A stretch of 64,000 nt of DNA, taken from NCBI GenBank assembly GCA_035699205.1, contig DASSBA010000222.1, positions 33,988 to 97,987 on the forward strand, read 5' to 3'. The notes under the pieces were generated by a model. The model did no database searches and had not been told where the DNA came from. It saw only the letters and a program-made list of their open reading frames with translations. Origin of the DNA: Gemmatimonadales bacterium (GTDB taxonomy: Bacteria > Gemmatimonadota > Gemmatimonadetes > Gemmatimonadales > GWC2-71-9). A program made the position numbers and the translations under genes. Shown in pieces: positions 24,689 to 32,850 of the stretch (within the stretch, counting starts at the first letter, position 1; every line of letters begins with the position of its first letter).

Positions 24689-25558
24689 TCATCGACCGAC
24701 GCCCCCGCCCTTGCGACGCTGCCGCTTGCGACGCTGCATGGCGATCTGGTTCCGGATGAACGGTCCGAGCCGCTCCAGCTCGCCGAAAGGCGTGAGGCGC
24801 ACGTCAGGGCTACGCAGCGCGGACTTGAGCCCCTCGGCCGGCGCGGTGAGATCGCCGGGCGCCTCCAGACGGAACCCATAGCTTCCCGGCCGCGTCACTT
24901 CACGCGGGAACGGCAGCGGGTCCGTGCCGGGCAGCACCCGGATGCCGTGCCTTGCCGCGTCGGCGAAGTGCCGAGGCGCCGTCCAGAAGGAGGGCCGCCC
25001 CGCGGCATCCCCCAGGAAGAATCCGTCGCCCGGCCTAGCCGCCTCAACGAGCTCGCTCAGCAGCCGACCTCGGCCGAAGAGCCATTTGCCCGCGCCCCAG
25101 GGGATCACCCGCAGGGCCCCGAGCCGCTCACCTTCCGCCAGGACCTCGCGAATGGGGAGGCGGTCGGGAACGGTGGCTCGGGTGGCCAGGAGCAGGACCT
25201 CGAGTCCCTCCCGGGTCACCACCTGCCGGCCCGACACCAGCAGCAGCCGCTCCGCCCCTCGGTGCGCCAGCAGCGCGCTCGGGTCCGGAGTGGCGGCCAG
25301 CGCCCACGAACCCAGCGGCAGGTCGCTCGCGCCCGCGGCCACCGCGGCAAGACGGCCGAACCAGTCCACCCCCGCCGACTCCGAGAGCAGGAGCACGCCG
25401 GGCGCTTGCTCCCACCCGTGCTCCCGGGCCACTCGCTCGAAATTGCCCGCGGCATGTTCCAGGAACCGCTGCGGCGCGTAGCAATCGTGCAGGTGCACGT
25501 GGGCATCGATCAGCAGCGCCGGAGGCGGCTCGAGCTCCAGGGCCAGGGCAGGCTCCAT
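24689..25558 (-). CDS. putative metal-dependent hydrolase (PHP/amidohydrolase-like) with basic C-terminal tail
   Basis: The N-terminal LIDAHVHLHD metal-binding-type motif is the only motif evidence. The family is not firmly recognised. Confidence 0.55.
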   Translation of the reverse strand: MEPALALELEPPPALLIDAHVHLHDCYAPQRFLEHAAGNFERVAREHGWEQAPGVLLLSESAGVDWFGRLAAVAAGASDLPLGSWALAATPDPSALLAHRGAERLLLVSGRQVVTREGLEVLLLATRATVPDRLPIREVLAEGERLGALRVIPWGAGKWLFGRGRLLSELVEAARPGDGFFLGDAAGRPSFWTAPRHFADAARHGIRVLPGTDPLPFPREVTRPGSYGFRLEAPGDLTAPAEGLKSALRSPDVRLTPFGELERLGPFIRNQIAMQRRKRQRRKGGGVGR

Positions 25559-25617
25559 ATGTCGGAAGCGGATCGAATCGGGTCGAATCGGGAGGGTACG
25601 TTACCGCAGGCGCCGGC

Positions 25618-27513
25618 TCAGCGGTACCCCGCGGCCTGCAACTGGAACAGCTCGGCATAGAGGCCCCCCTGCAGCACCAGGGCCTCGTGGGTTCCCTGCT
25701 CCACCAGCTCGCCGCCCTGGAGCACCAGGATGCGGTCGGCCATGCGCACCGTGCTGAATCGATGCGAGATTAGCACCGCCATACGCCCGGCCGTCAGCTC
25801 CGAGAATCGAAGAAACACCTCATACTCCGCCCGTGCGTCGAGCGCCGCCGTCGGCTCGTCGAGGATGAGGAGCTGCGCGTCCCGCATGTACGCGCGGGCC
25901 AGCGCCACTTTCTGCCACTCCCCGCCGGACAGGTCGACCCCGTTCTCGAACCGGCGGCCGAGCATCTGGTCGTACCGCCCGGTCAGCCGGGCCGCGACCG
26001 TGTCGGCCAGGCTCCGCTGCGCGGCGGTCTCGATCCGCGCCGCGTCCTCCCGCGCGGCGATATTGCCCACCGCGATATTCTCCCGGAGCACGAAATCGTA
26101 GCGCACGAAGTCCTGGAAGATGACGCCGACGTTCCGCCGGACGCTGTCGACGTCGTACTCGCGGAGGTCCACCCCGTCGAGCAGAATGCGGCCTTCACTC
26201 GGGTCGTAGAGGCGGGCCAGCAGCTTCACCAGCGTGGTCTTTCCCGCACCGTTCTCCCCGACCAGCGCGATCCGCTCGCCCGGGGCGAGCGAGAAGTCGA
26301 GGCCCCGCACCGCCCAGCGCTCGGAACCGGGATATCGGAAGCCGACGTTCTCGAACACGAAGCCGGTGTGGATCGGCACCGGCACTTGGCGGGCGCCGGG
26401 ATTCCGCCGGATCCTGGGCTCGACCGCGAGGAAGCTGAACAGGTCGTCGAGGTAGAGGCTCTGCTCGAACACCTGCGAGAGCGACAGCAGCACCCGCTGG
26501 ATGAGGTCGCGGCTCTGGCGGAACGAGCCCGCAAGGAAAGTCAGCACGCCGATGGTGAACAGACCGGCCGGTGAGCGGTAGCCCGTCACCGTCAGGTAGA
26601 TGATCACGGCGTACGCCCCGTAATACCCCAGGGTGCCGACGGCCGCGAGCAGCGTGGAGACGAAGCTCCGCCGGATGGCCAGGCGCTTGTTGGCTTCGTA
26701 GAAGTCGTTGCTCAGCCGGTCGTAGCGGTCGACCAGGAAGTCGGACAGCCCGAAGAGCTTGAGCTCTTTGGCGGAGACATCGCTCGCGCCGATGTAGCGC
26801 AGGTAGTCGAGCTGGCGGCGCTCGGGCGTCCAGGAGTAGAGCAGCGAGTAGCCCAGCGAGGCGAAGTGGGTCTCGCCTAGGAGCGAGGGCAGCACCGCCA
26901 TCAGGAGCAGCACCAGGAGCCACGGCACGTACACCGCGAGCGCCGCCGCCAGGGTCGCGAGAGTGATCGCGTCCTGCACCGACGAGAGCAGCATGGTGAA
27001 GAGCCCGATCCGGCCCACGGTCTGCCGCCGCGCGCGCTCCAGCTTGTCGTAGAGCTCCGCGTCCTCGAACTGTTCCAGGTCGAGCGTGGCCGCATGCCGC
27101 ATCAGCTCGACGCTCGTCTCGTTGGCGAAGAGATCACCGAGCAGGCTCTCGAGCAGGGCCGACAGCCGGGCCAGCCCCTCGCCGGAGAGCGCGATCGTCA
27201 GTTCGATGGCCACGAGCTCGCCCAACCGGGCCCAGTCGACGCCCGCGCCGCTCCCCGCCACACCCATCGCCACGACCACCTCGTCGACGATGAGCTTTCC
27301 GATCCACAGCACCGCCAGGGGCACCAGCGACCGCACGACGCGCAGCACCAGGATGCCCACCACGTAGCGCGGCTCGGTCTGCCAGACCAGCCCGAGCAGG
27401 CGGGGCACGTGCCGCAGCGCCTCCAGCCGCTCGCGCCAGCCCGGCGGCGGCTCGACGGGCTTACGAGACCCCCGGTTGGGCCGTACAATCGGGTGCTGCA
27501 GCGGAAGCGTCAT
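25618..27513 (-). CDS. ABC transporter ATP-binding/permease fusion (MsbA-like exporter)
   Basis: 631 aa. Six-TM N-terminal domain, Walker A GENGAGKTT, signature LSGGEWQ, Walker B LLILDEPT. Confidence 0.9.
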   Translation of the reverse strand: MTLPLQHPIVRPNRGSRKPVEPPPGWRERLEALRHVPRLLGLVWQTEPRYVVGILVLRVVRSLVPLAVLWIGKLIVDEVVVAMGVAGSGAGVDWARLGELVAIELTIALSGEGLARLSALLESLLGDLFANETSVELMRHAATLDLEQFEDAELYDKLERARRQTVGRIGLFTMLLSSVQDAITLATLAAALAVYVPWLLVLLLMAVLPSLLGETHFASLGYSLLYSWTPERRQLDYLRYIGASDVSAKELKLFGLSDFLVDRYDRLSNDFYEANKRLAIRRSFVSTLLAAVGTLGYYGAYAVIIYLTVTGYRSPAGLFTIGVLTFLAGSFRQSRDLIQRVLLSLSQVFEQSLYLDDLFSFLAVEPRIRRNPGARQVPVPIHTGFVFENVGFRYPGSERWAVRGLDFSLAPGERIALVGENGAGKTTLVKLLARLYDPSEGRILLDGVDLREYDVDSVRRNVGVIFQDFVRYDFVLRENIAVGNIAAREDAARIETAAQRSLADTVAARLTGRYDQMLGRRFENGVDLSGGEWQKVALARAYMRDAQLLILDEPTAALDARAEYEVFLRFSELTAGRMAVLISHRFSTVRMADRILVLQGGELVEQGTHEALVLQGGLYAELFQLQAAGYR

Positions 27514-27545
27514 TCCCCGAAAGCTAATCGCCGGAGAGCGAGCCC

Positions 27546-28154
27546 ATGCCCCAGGTCGACTGGCCCGCGCTGTGGGCCAACCTCATCCACTTCGGCGTGC
27601 TGGACAGCGCCACCCATCCCGTCTCGCTGCTCGAGAAGGTGGTGCGGCCGGTCGTCGTCTACCTGCTTCTCGTCCTGGGGCTCCGGGCCCTGGGCAAGCG
27701 CCTGCTGGCGCAGCTCAACCCGTTCGACTTCGTCGTGCTGCTGACCGTGTCCAATACGGTGCAGAACGCCATCATCGGCAATGACACCTCGCTGACCGGC
27801 GGGATCGTCGGCGCCGCCGCGCTGCTGGGCATCAACGCGCTGCTGGTCCGGTTGTTCTACCGCGGACCCTCGAGGGAGCTGCTCTTCGACACCGACCGCG
27901 ACACCTGCCTCGTCGCCGGGGGCAGAGTGGACGAGACGGAGATGCGCCGGCTCCGCATCAACGCGGCGGAGCTCACGGCCAAGGCGCACGAGCGAGGATT
28001 CGACTCGCTGGAAGAGGTCGAGAGCGCCACGCTGTACCCGAATGGCACCATCTACTTTCGCGGCCGGCCGGCCGAGACCGACGCCGCCCGGCACGCCGAG
28101 CTGCTCCGGCGTCTCGACGCGCTCGGCGCCGAGGTGGCCGCGCTGCGGCGGTAG
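27546..28154 (+). CDS. DUF421 (YetF-like) membrane protein
   Basis: LNPFDFVVLLTVSNTVQNAIIG and a C-terminal soluble domain are typical of DUF421 (from memory). Confidence 0.7.
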   Translation: MPQVDWPALWANLIHFGVLDSATHPVSLLEKVVRPVVVYLLLVLGLRALGKRLLAQLNPFDFVVLLTVSNTVQNAIIGNDTSLTGGIVGAAALLGINALLVRLFYRGPSRELLFDTDRDTCLVAGGRVDETEMRRLRINAAELTAKAHERGFDSLEEVESATLYPNGTIYFRGRPAETDAARHAELLRRLDALGAEVAALRR

Positions 28155-28174
28155 CGCTCCGTTAGATTGCCCAC

Positions 28175-28885
28175 ATGCCCGACACGACCACGGCGCTCGT
28201 CACCGGCGCCACGCAGGGAATCGGCCGCGCCACCGCGTTCGCCCTCGGACGCGCGGGATTCCGGGTGGCCGTCTGCGCGCGCACCGCGGCCAAGGTCGAG
28301 AGGCTCGTGGCGGAACTCGAGGCGGAAGGGATCGAGGCCGCCGGTGCCGCCGCCGACGTGGGCGACGTCGGCCAGGTGTCCCGGGCGGTGGAGCAGCTCA
28401 CCGGGGCGCTCGGGGAAGTGGGCCTGCTCGTGAACAACGCCGGTGTCATGATCGCGCGTCCCTTCGAGAAGCTGACCCTCGAGGACTGGGATACGACCAT
28501 GTCGACCAACCTCCGGAGCCTCTTCGTCGTCACCCGGGCCATCATCCCGGGCATGCGGCGCCGGCGCGGCGGGACCATCGTGAACGTGGCGAGCCTCGCC
28601 GGGCGGAACGGCTTCGTCGGCGGCGCCGCGTACTGCGCGTCCAAGCACGCGGTGCTCGGCTTCAGCCGCGCGCTGATGCTCGAGTTCCGGAAGGAGGGGA
28701 TCCGCGTGATCGCCATCTGCCCGGGGTCGGTGGACACCGATATGCTTCGTGACCAGCCGATGCTCAAGTCGAACCCCGAGCGCATCCTCCAATCCGAAGA
28801 CGTGGCCGACGCCATCCTGCACGCCGTCCGGCTCCCGGGGCGCGCCCTGGTCAGCGAGCTCGACATCCGCCCCACCAACCCCTAG
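28175..28885 (+). CDS. SDR family oxidoreductase
   Basis: Contains TGATQGIGRA (TGxxxGxG), NNAG, and YCASK (YxxxK). Confidence 0.9.
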   Translation: MPDTTTALVTGATQGIGRATAFALGRAGFRVAVCARTAAKVERLVAELEAEGIEAAGAAADVGDVGQVSRAVEQLTGALGEVGLLVNNAGVMIARPFEKLTLEDWDTTMSTNLRSLFVVTRAIIPGMRRRRGGTIVNVASLAGRNGFVGGAAYCASKHAVLGFSRALMLEFRKEGIRVIAICPGSVDTDMLRDQPMLKSNPERILQSEDVADAILHAVRLPGRALVSELDIRPTNP

Positions 28886-28887
28886 CC

Positions 28888-29103
28888 ATGGCCGGCGTCC
28901 AGGTGTCCATGTGCGTCTGCCGGCGCACGCCGTTCGCGCGCCTGCTGCCGCTGGCCCGTGCGGCCGGCTGGCACCTCGAGGGCCTGATTCGCGAGACCGG
29001 CTGCGGCGGCCAGTGCGGGCTCTGCCGTCCCTACCTGAGCCGCATGCTCGCCACCGGCGAGACCGAGTTCCACGAGTTGCTTCGGGACGAGGCCGCGCAA
29101 TAA
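28888..29103 (+). CDS. BFD-like (2Fe-2S)-binding small protein
   Basis: 71 aa with CVC...CGGQCGLC cysteine pattern, like bacterioferritin-associated ferredoxin domains. Confidence 0.6.
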   Translation: MAGVQVSMCVCRRTPFARLLPLARAAGWHLEGLIRETGCGGQCGLCRPYLSRMLATGETEFHELLRDEAAQ

Positions 29104-29143
29104 GGGTTTGCCTTGGCGGGGCGATCCGCTAACGTTCAGGGCG

Positions 29144-29482
29144 ATGCGATCCGTCCGCTCTCCCGGACCATTCTTCCTGGCTCTCCTGCTGGTGCTGGGC
29201 CTGGCCGGAGGCGTGGATCGCCATCCGCTCCCCATCGCTCCCACGATCTCCACCATCAGCGCGCCGCGGGAATCGCTTCCGCAGCCGGTGCATGACGAGG
29301 CCACCTGCGCCTTCTGCCAGGCCGCCATCTTCCCGCCCTGCGCGCCACAGCCCGCCGGGATCTCGCTCGGCGAGCAGGGTCTGGAACGGTTCGAGCAGTC
29401 GGTCCCCGACGCGCACCTTCCGAACTTCACGTCCCACCGCCCCGCCAGTTCCCGGGCCCCACCAGCGCTCCGATCGGTCTGA
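29144..29482 (+). CDS. hypothetical secreted Cys-containing protein
   Basis: ATG 29144. Signal-like FFLALLLVLGLAGG and a CAFCQA motif. No family recognised. Confidence 0.4.
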   Translation: MRSVRSPGPFFLALLLVLGLAGGVDRHPLPIAPTISTISAPRESLPQPVHDEATCAFCQAAIFPPCAPQPAGISLGEQGLERFEQSVPDAHLPNFTSHRPASSRAPPALRSV

Positions 29483-29533
29483 TCGACCGCGCACCCGCCG
29501 TGGGTGCGTGATCCTCACACATCGGAGACCCTC

Positions 29534-30946
29534 ATGCACGTCCGTGTCCGGACGGCCTCCGCCCTCGCCCTCTGGTGGCTGGGCGCGGCAACCGTCGCCT
29601 GGGCCCAGGTCCCTCAAGCCGCGGCCGACTCCGTCGGCCGGGCCCTGGGGGCGCTGACCGCCCGCCTCGACTCGCTCGAGGCGGGTACTTGCCCCGCGGG
29701 ACCCGCCGTCGCCGCTCCGGCGCCCACCGGCGAAGCCCGCACCGACAGCCTCATCGTCAACGTCGAGACGCTCAGCCGGCGGCTCGAGACGCTCCGCGCG
29801 AGCCGCTGCGCACCCGGCGCCGCCGGTGTCCCCGCCGCCCCTGCGGCCGCCGACACCACCGATGACCTCGCCGCGCTGCGCGCCGCGGCGGCGGAGGCGG
29901 CCGGCGGCGGCGCGCCCGGGGCGCCCGCAGCGCCGAGCCCGGCCGACACCGCCGCGCCTCCACGCACCGAATTCATCGGCCGGCAGCGGAACGCGTCGGC
30001 CCTGAACCCCGAGATCAGCGCCACCGGCGACATCCGGCTGGTGGCCCGCGAGGGGCGCCAGCGCGACAATGCCGTCGCCCGCGAATTCGAGGTCGCGCTC
30101 CAGTCGGCGCTGGACCCCTACTCCAGTACCAAGATCTTCCTCACCTTCGAGAACGAGGAGGTAGGGGTCGAGGAGGGATACATCTACTGGACCGGCCTTC
30201 CGGGGCGGCTGCGCGTGGACGTGGGCAAGTTCCGCCAGCAGATCGGCGACCTCAACCGCTGGCACCTCCACGCGCTGCCCGAGACCGAGTACCCGCTGGT
30301 CTACCAGCGGTTCCTCGGCGCCGAGGGGCTCACCGGCGTGGGCCTCAGCCTGTATACGGCGCTGCCGGTCTCGCTGGCCGGCGGCACCCACGAGGTCTGG
30401 CTCCAGGGCACCACCGCCGAGAGCGATCCGCTCTACGCGGGCGGGCGGCAGCCCACGCTGCTCGTCCGGCTGCAGAACTTCTGGCAACTGAGCCGCAGCA
30501 CCTACGCCCAGCTGGGCTTTACCGGTACGGGCGGCAACAACGACGGCGCCGGGCTCCGGAGCCGGCTGGGCGGGCTCGACTTCCGGCTCACCTACCGCCC
30601 GCCCCAGGCCGGGACCCGCCGCGAAATCACGCTTCGCGCCGAGGGATACCGGCTGCACGCCACCGAGCTCGGGACCACCACCAACCGGTACGGCACATTC
30701 GTGGATCTGAACGCGAAGCTCACCCGCCGCTGGGTGCTCGGCACCCGCTACGACTGGGTGGAGGCGCCCCGCGGGCCCAGCGACACGGAATGGCGCCTGA
30801 CGCCGTCGGTCACCTGGTGGCAGAGCGAGTTCGTCTATCTCCGGCTCGAGGGCGAGCACCGCCACACCGACGTCGATGGCTCGCACAACATGCTCTCGCT
30901 TCAGGCCGTCTGGGCCATGGGCCCGCACAAGCACGAGACCTACTGA
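29534..30946 (+). CDS. putative outer-membrane porin with Ala/Pro-rich coiled N-terminal region
   Basis: ATG 29534. Signal peptide ending AWAQ. The C-terminal ~300 aa show an alternating beta-strand pattern (NPEISATGDIRL..., ...LSLQAVWAMGPH). It sits next to the metal ABC genes. Confidence 0.55.
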   Translation: MHVRVRTASALALWWLGAATVAWAQVPQAAADSVGRALGALTARLDSLEAGTCPAGPAVAAPAPTGEARTDSLIVNVETLSRRLETLRASRCAPGAAGVPAAPAAADTTDDLAALRAAAAEAAGGGAPGAPAAPSPADTAAPPRTEFIGRQRNASALNPEISATGDIRLVAREGRQRDNAVAREFEVALQSALDPYSSTKIFLTFENEEVGVEEGYIYWTGLPGRLRVDVGKFRQQIGDLNRWHLHALPETEYPLVYQRFLGAEGLTGVGLSLYTALPVSLAGGTHEVWLQGTTAESDPLYAGGRQPTLLVRLQNFWQLSRSTYAQLGFTGTGGNNDGAGLRSRLGGLDFRLTYRPPQAGTRREITLRAEGYRLHATELGTTTNRYGTFVDLNAKLTRRWVLGTRYDWVEAPRGPSDTEWRLTPSVTWWQSEFVYLRLEGEHRHTDVDGSHNMLSLQAVWAMGPHKHETY

Positions 30947-30961
30947 CAGGGAAGGATACCG

Positions 30962-31990
30962 ATGATCACCGCACTGCTGGTCTCGGCCGCGCTGTTCGCG
31001 CCGCCGCACGAGGCGGCCCCGCTCAAGGTCGTCACCAGCCTGACCACCTACGGCGCCATCGCCCGCGAGGTGCTGGGCGACAAGGGCACCGTGACCTCGA
31101 TCGCCCAGGGCGACGAGGACCCGCACTTCGTGCAGCCGAAGCCGAGCTTCGTGGCCGTGCTGCGCGACGCGGACCTGTTCGTCACCACCGGCCTCGACCT
31201 CGAACTCTGGGTGCCGCCGCTGCTCGACCGGGCCGGTAACCGCAAGGTCTCGGAGGGCGGTCCGGGCTACGTCACCGCGTACACGGGCATCCAGCTCCTC
31301 GAGGTACCGACCTCGCTCAGCCGCTCCGAGGGCGACATCCACGCCGACGGCAACCCGCATATCCACACCGATCCGGTGAACGGCATCATCATCGCCCGGA
31401 ACATCCTCACGGGTCTCAAGCGGGTGTCGCCCGACAACGCCGCCTACTTCACGCAGCGGGAGCAGGATTTCGAGCGCCGGGTGCTCGAGGCGACCATCGG
31501 CGCCGATCTGGTCAACCTGCTCACCGCGCCGGTGGCCTATGACCTCCTGAAGACCGACAAGCTCTACGGCTTCCTGGGCCAGAAGCAGTACCAGGGCAAG
31601 CCGCTGCTCGACCGGATGGGCGGGTGGATGAAGGAGAGCGAGGTGTTCCGGGGCAAGGAGATCGCCTGCTACCACAAGGAATGGGCGTACTTCAGCAACC
31701 GCTACAAGGTCAACTGCGTGGAATACATCGAGGCCAAGCCGGGCATTCCGCCGACGCCGGGACACGTGCAGCAGGTGATCGCGCTCATGAAGGAGCGGAA
31801 GATCCCGGTGCTGTTCGCGTCGAATTACTTCGACCGCAACCAGATCCGCCAGGTGGCCCAGCGAACCGGCGCGCAGGCGGTGATCGTCCCGGAGAACACC
31901 AACGGCGCGCCGGGCGTCAATACCTACTTCGACCTGATGAACACCTGGGTGAACGGGCTGGCGTCGGCCTTCAAGGGAGGAGCCTCCTGA
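30962..31990 (+). CDS. metal (Zn/Mn-type) ABC transporter substrate-binding protein, ZnuA-like
   Basis: Cluster A-I SBP features: LKVVTSLTTYG, GDEDPHFV, DIHADGNPHIHTDP, YHKEWAYF. Confidence 0.85.
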   Translation: MITALLVSAALFAPPHEAAPLKVVTSLTTYGAIAREVLGDKGTVTSIAQGDEDPHFVQPKPSFVAVLRDADLFVTTGLDLELWVPPLLDRAGNRKVSEGGPGYVTAYTGIQLLEVPTSLSRSEGDIHADGNPHIHTDPVNGIIIARNILTGLKRVSPDNAAYFTQREQDFERRVLEATIGADLVNLLTAPVAYDLLKTDKLYGFLGQKQYQGKPLLDRMGGWMKESEVFRGKEIACYHKEWAYFSNRYKVNCVEYIEAKPGIPPTPGHVQQVIALMKERKIPVLFASNYFDRNQIRQVAQRTGAQAVIVPENTNGAPGVNTYFDLMNTWVNGLASAFKGGAS

Positions 31991-32850
31991 TGGATCTCAG
32001 CCTGTTCCTGCCGCCGCTGGTGGCCTGCCTGGTCATCGTGGCCATCCATTCGTACCTCGGGCTGCACGTCATCGCGCGGGAGGTCATCTTCGTGGACCTC
32101 TCGCTCGCGCAGATGGCGGCGCTCGGCTCGGCGGTGGCGGTGCTGGCGGGACGTCAGCCCGACTCCACGGCCGCCTTTCTCTACGCGCTCGGCTTCACCA
32201 GCCTGGGCGCCGTGCTCTTCGCCCTCACGCGAACGGAGGAGCGGGGCCGCGTCCCGCAGGAGGCGTTCATCGGCATCGTCTACGTGGTGGCGTCGGCGGC
32301 GGCCATCCTGGTGGCCGACCGCACCCCCCGCGGCGGCGAAGCGATCAAGGACATCCTGGTGGGAAGCCTGCTCTGGGTCACCTGGCCCACCATCGCCAGG
32401 CTGGCGGCCATCTACGCGGCGATCGGCGTATTCCACTGGTTCCTGCGGCGCCGGTTCCTCACGATCTCGTTTCAGCCGGAGACCGCGCTCGCGAACGGCT
32501 GGAGCATTCGCTGGTGGGATTTCCTGTTCTACCTGTCGTTCGGGATCGTGATCACCTTCTCGGTGCCGATCGCCGGTGTCCTGCTGGTGTTCTCGTTCCT
32601 GGTGGTGCCGGCGGCAATCGCCTTTCAGTACAGCCGGCGGCAGGGCGTACTCGCCGTCATCTCGTGGGTCGCGGGTGCGGTCGCGTCCGCGGCCGGGCTC
32701 TTCGTTTCGTTCAGGTACGACCTGCCGACCGGGCCGGTCGTGGTGTGCATGTTCGGGCTGGTGCTCCTCGTGGCGTTCGCGGTCCGGCGCCTCAGGGGGA
32801 CCACCGTGGCAGTCGCGGAGCGCGAGTTGCCGGAGCAGTTCATCACCTGA
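31990..32850 (+). CDS. metal ABC transporter permease, ZnuB-like
   Basis: ATG 31990 overlaps the upstream TGA by 1 nt. A multi-TM ABC-3 type sequence. Confidence 0.85.
   Translation: MDLSLFLPPLVACLVIVAIHSYLGLHVIAREVIFVDLSLAQMAALGSAVAVLAGRQPDSTAAFLYALGFTSLGAVLFALTRTEERGRVPQEAFIGIVYVVASAAAILVADRTPRGGEAIKDILVGSLLWVTWPTIARLAAIYAAIGVFHWFLRRRFLTISFQPETALANGWSIRWWDFLFYLSFGIVITFSVPIAGVLLVFSFLVVPAAIAFQYSRRQGVLAVISWVAGAVASAAGLFVSFRYDLPTGPVVVCMFGLVLLVAFAVRRLRGTTVAVAERELPEQFIT

Noticed and set aside
23419-24879. A 486-aa minus-strand ORF spanning the SnoaL gene, the tail fragment and the OM-like gene.
   Set aside because: It has no motifs and an Arg/Gly/Pro-rich composition. It is out of frame with the SD-supported 24069-24587 gene and antisense to the SnoaL-like gene.
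25573-25592. A perfect tandem 10-mer, tcgaatcggg x2, between the ABC exporter and the hydrolase gene.
   Set aside because: There are only two copies, no inverted partner, and no other occurrence that I noticed. It is too little to call a functional element.
29129-31765. An 878-aa minus-strand ORF, and similar giants: 6090-7883 (-), 16087-17763 (+), 18509-20455 (-), 35122-36828 (-), 38038-39855 (+), 47245-49167 (-), 47316-49394 (+), and 62177-63721 (+).
   Set aside because: Each lies antisense to, or out of frame with, a gene carrying strong conserved motifs (porin/ZnuA, hbd, HD-GYP, SBP, copA, MFS, AI-2E, SufD). None shows a recognisable domain. All have the R/G/P/A-rich composition of spurious GC-rich ORFs.
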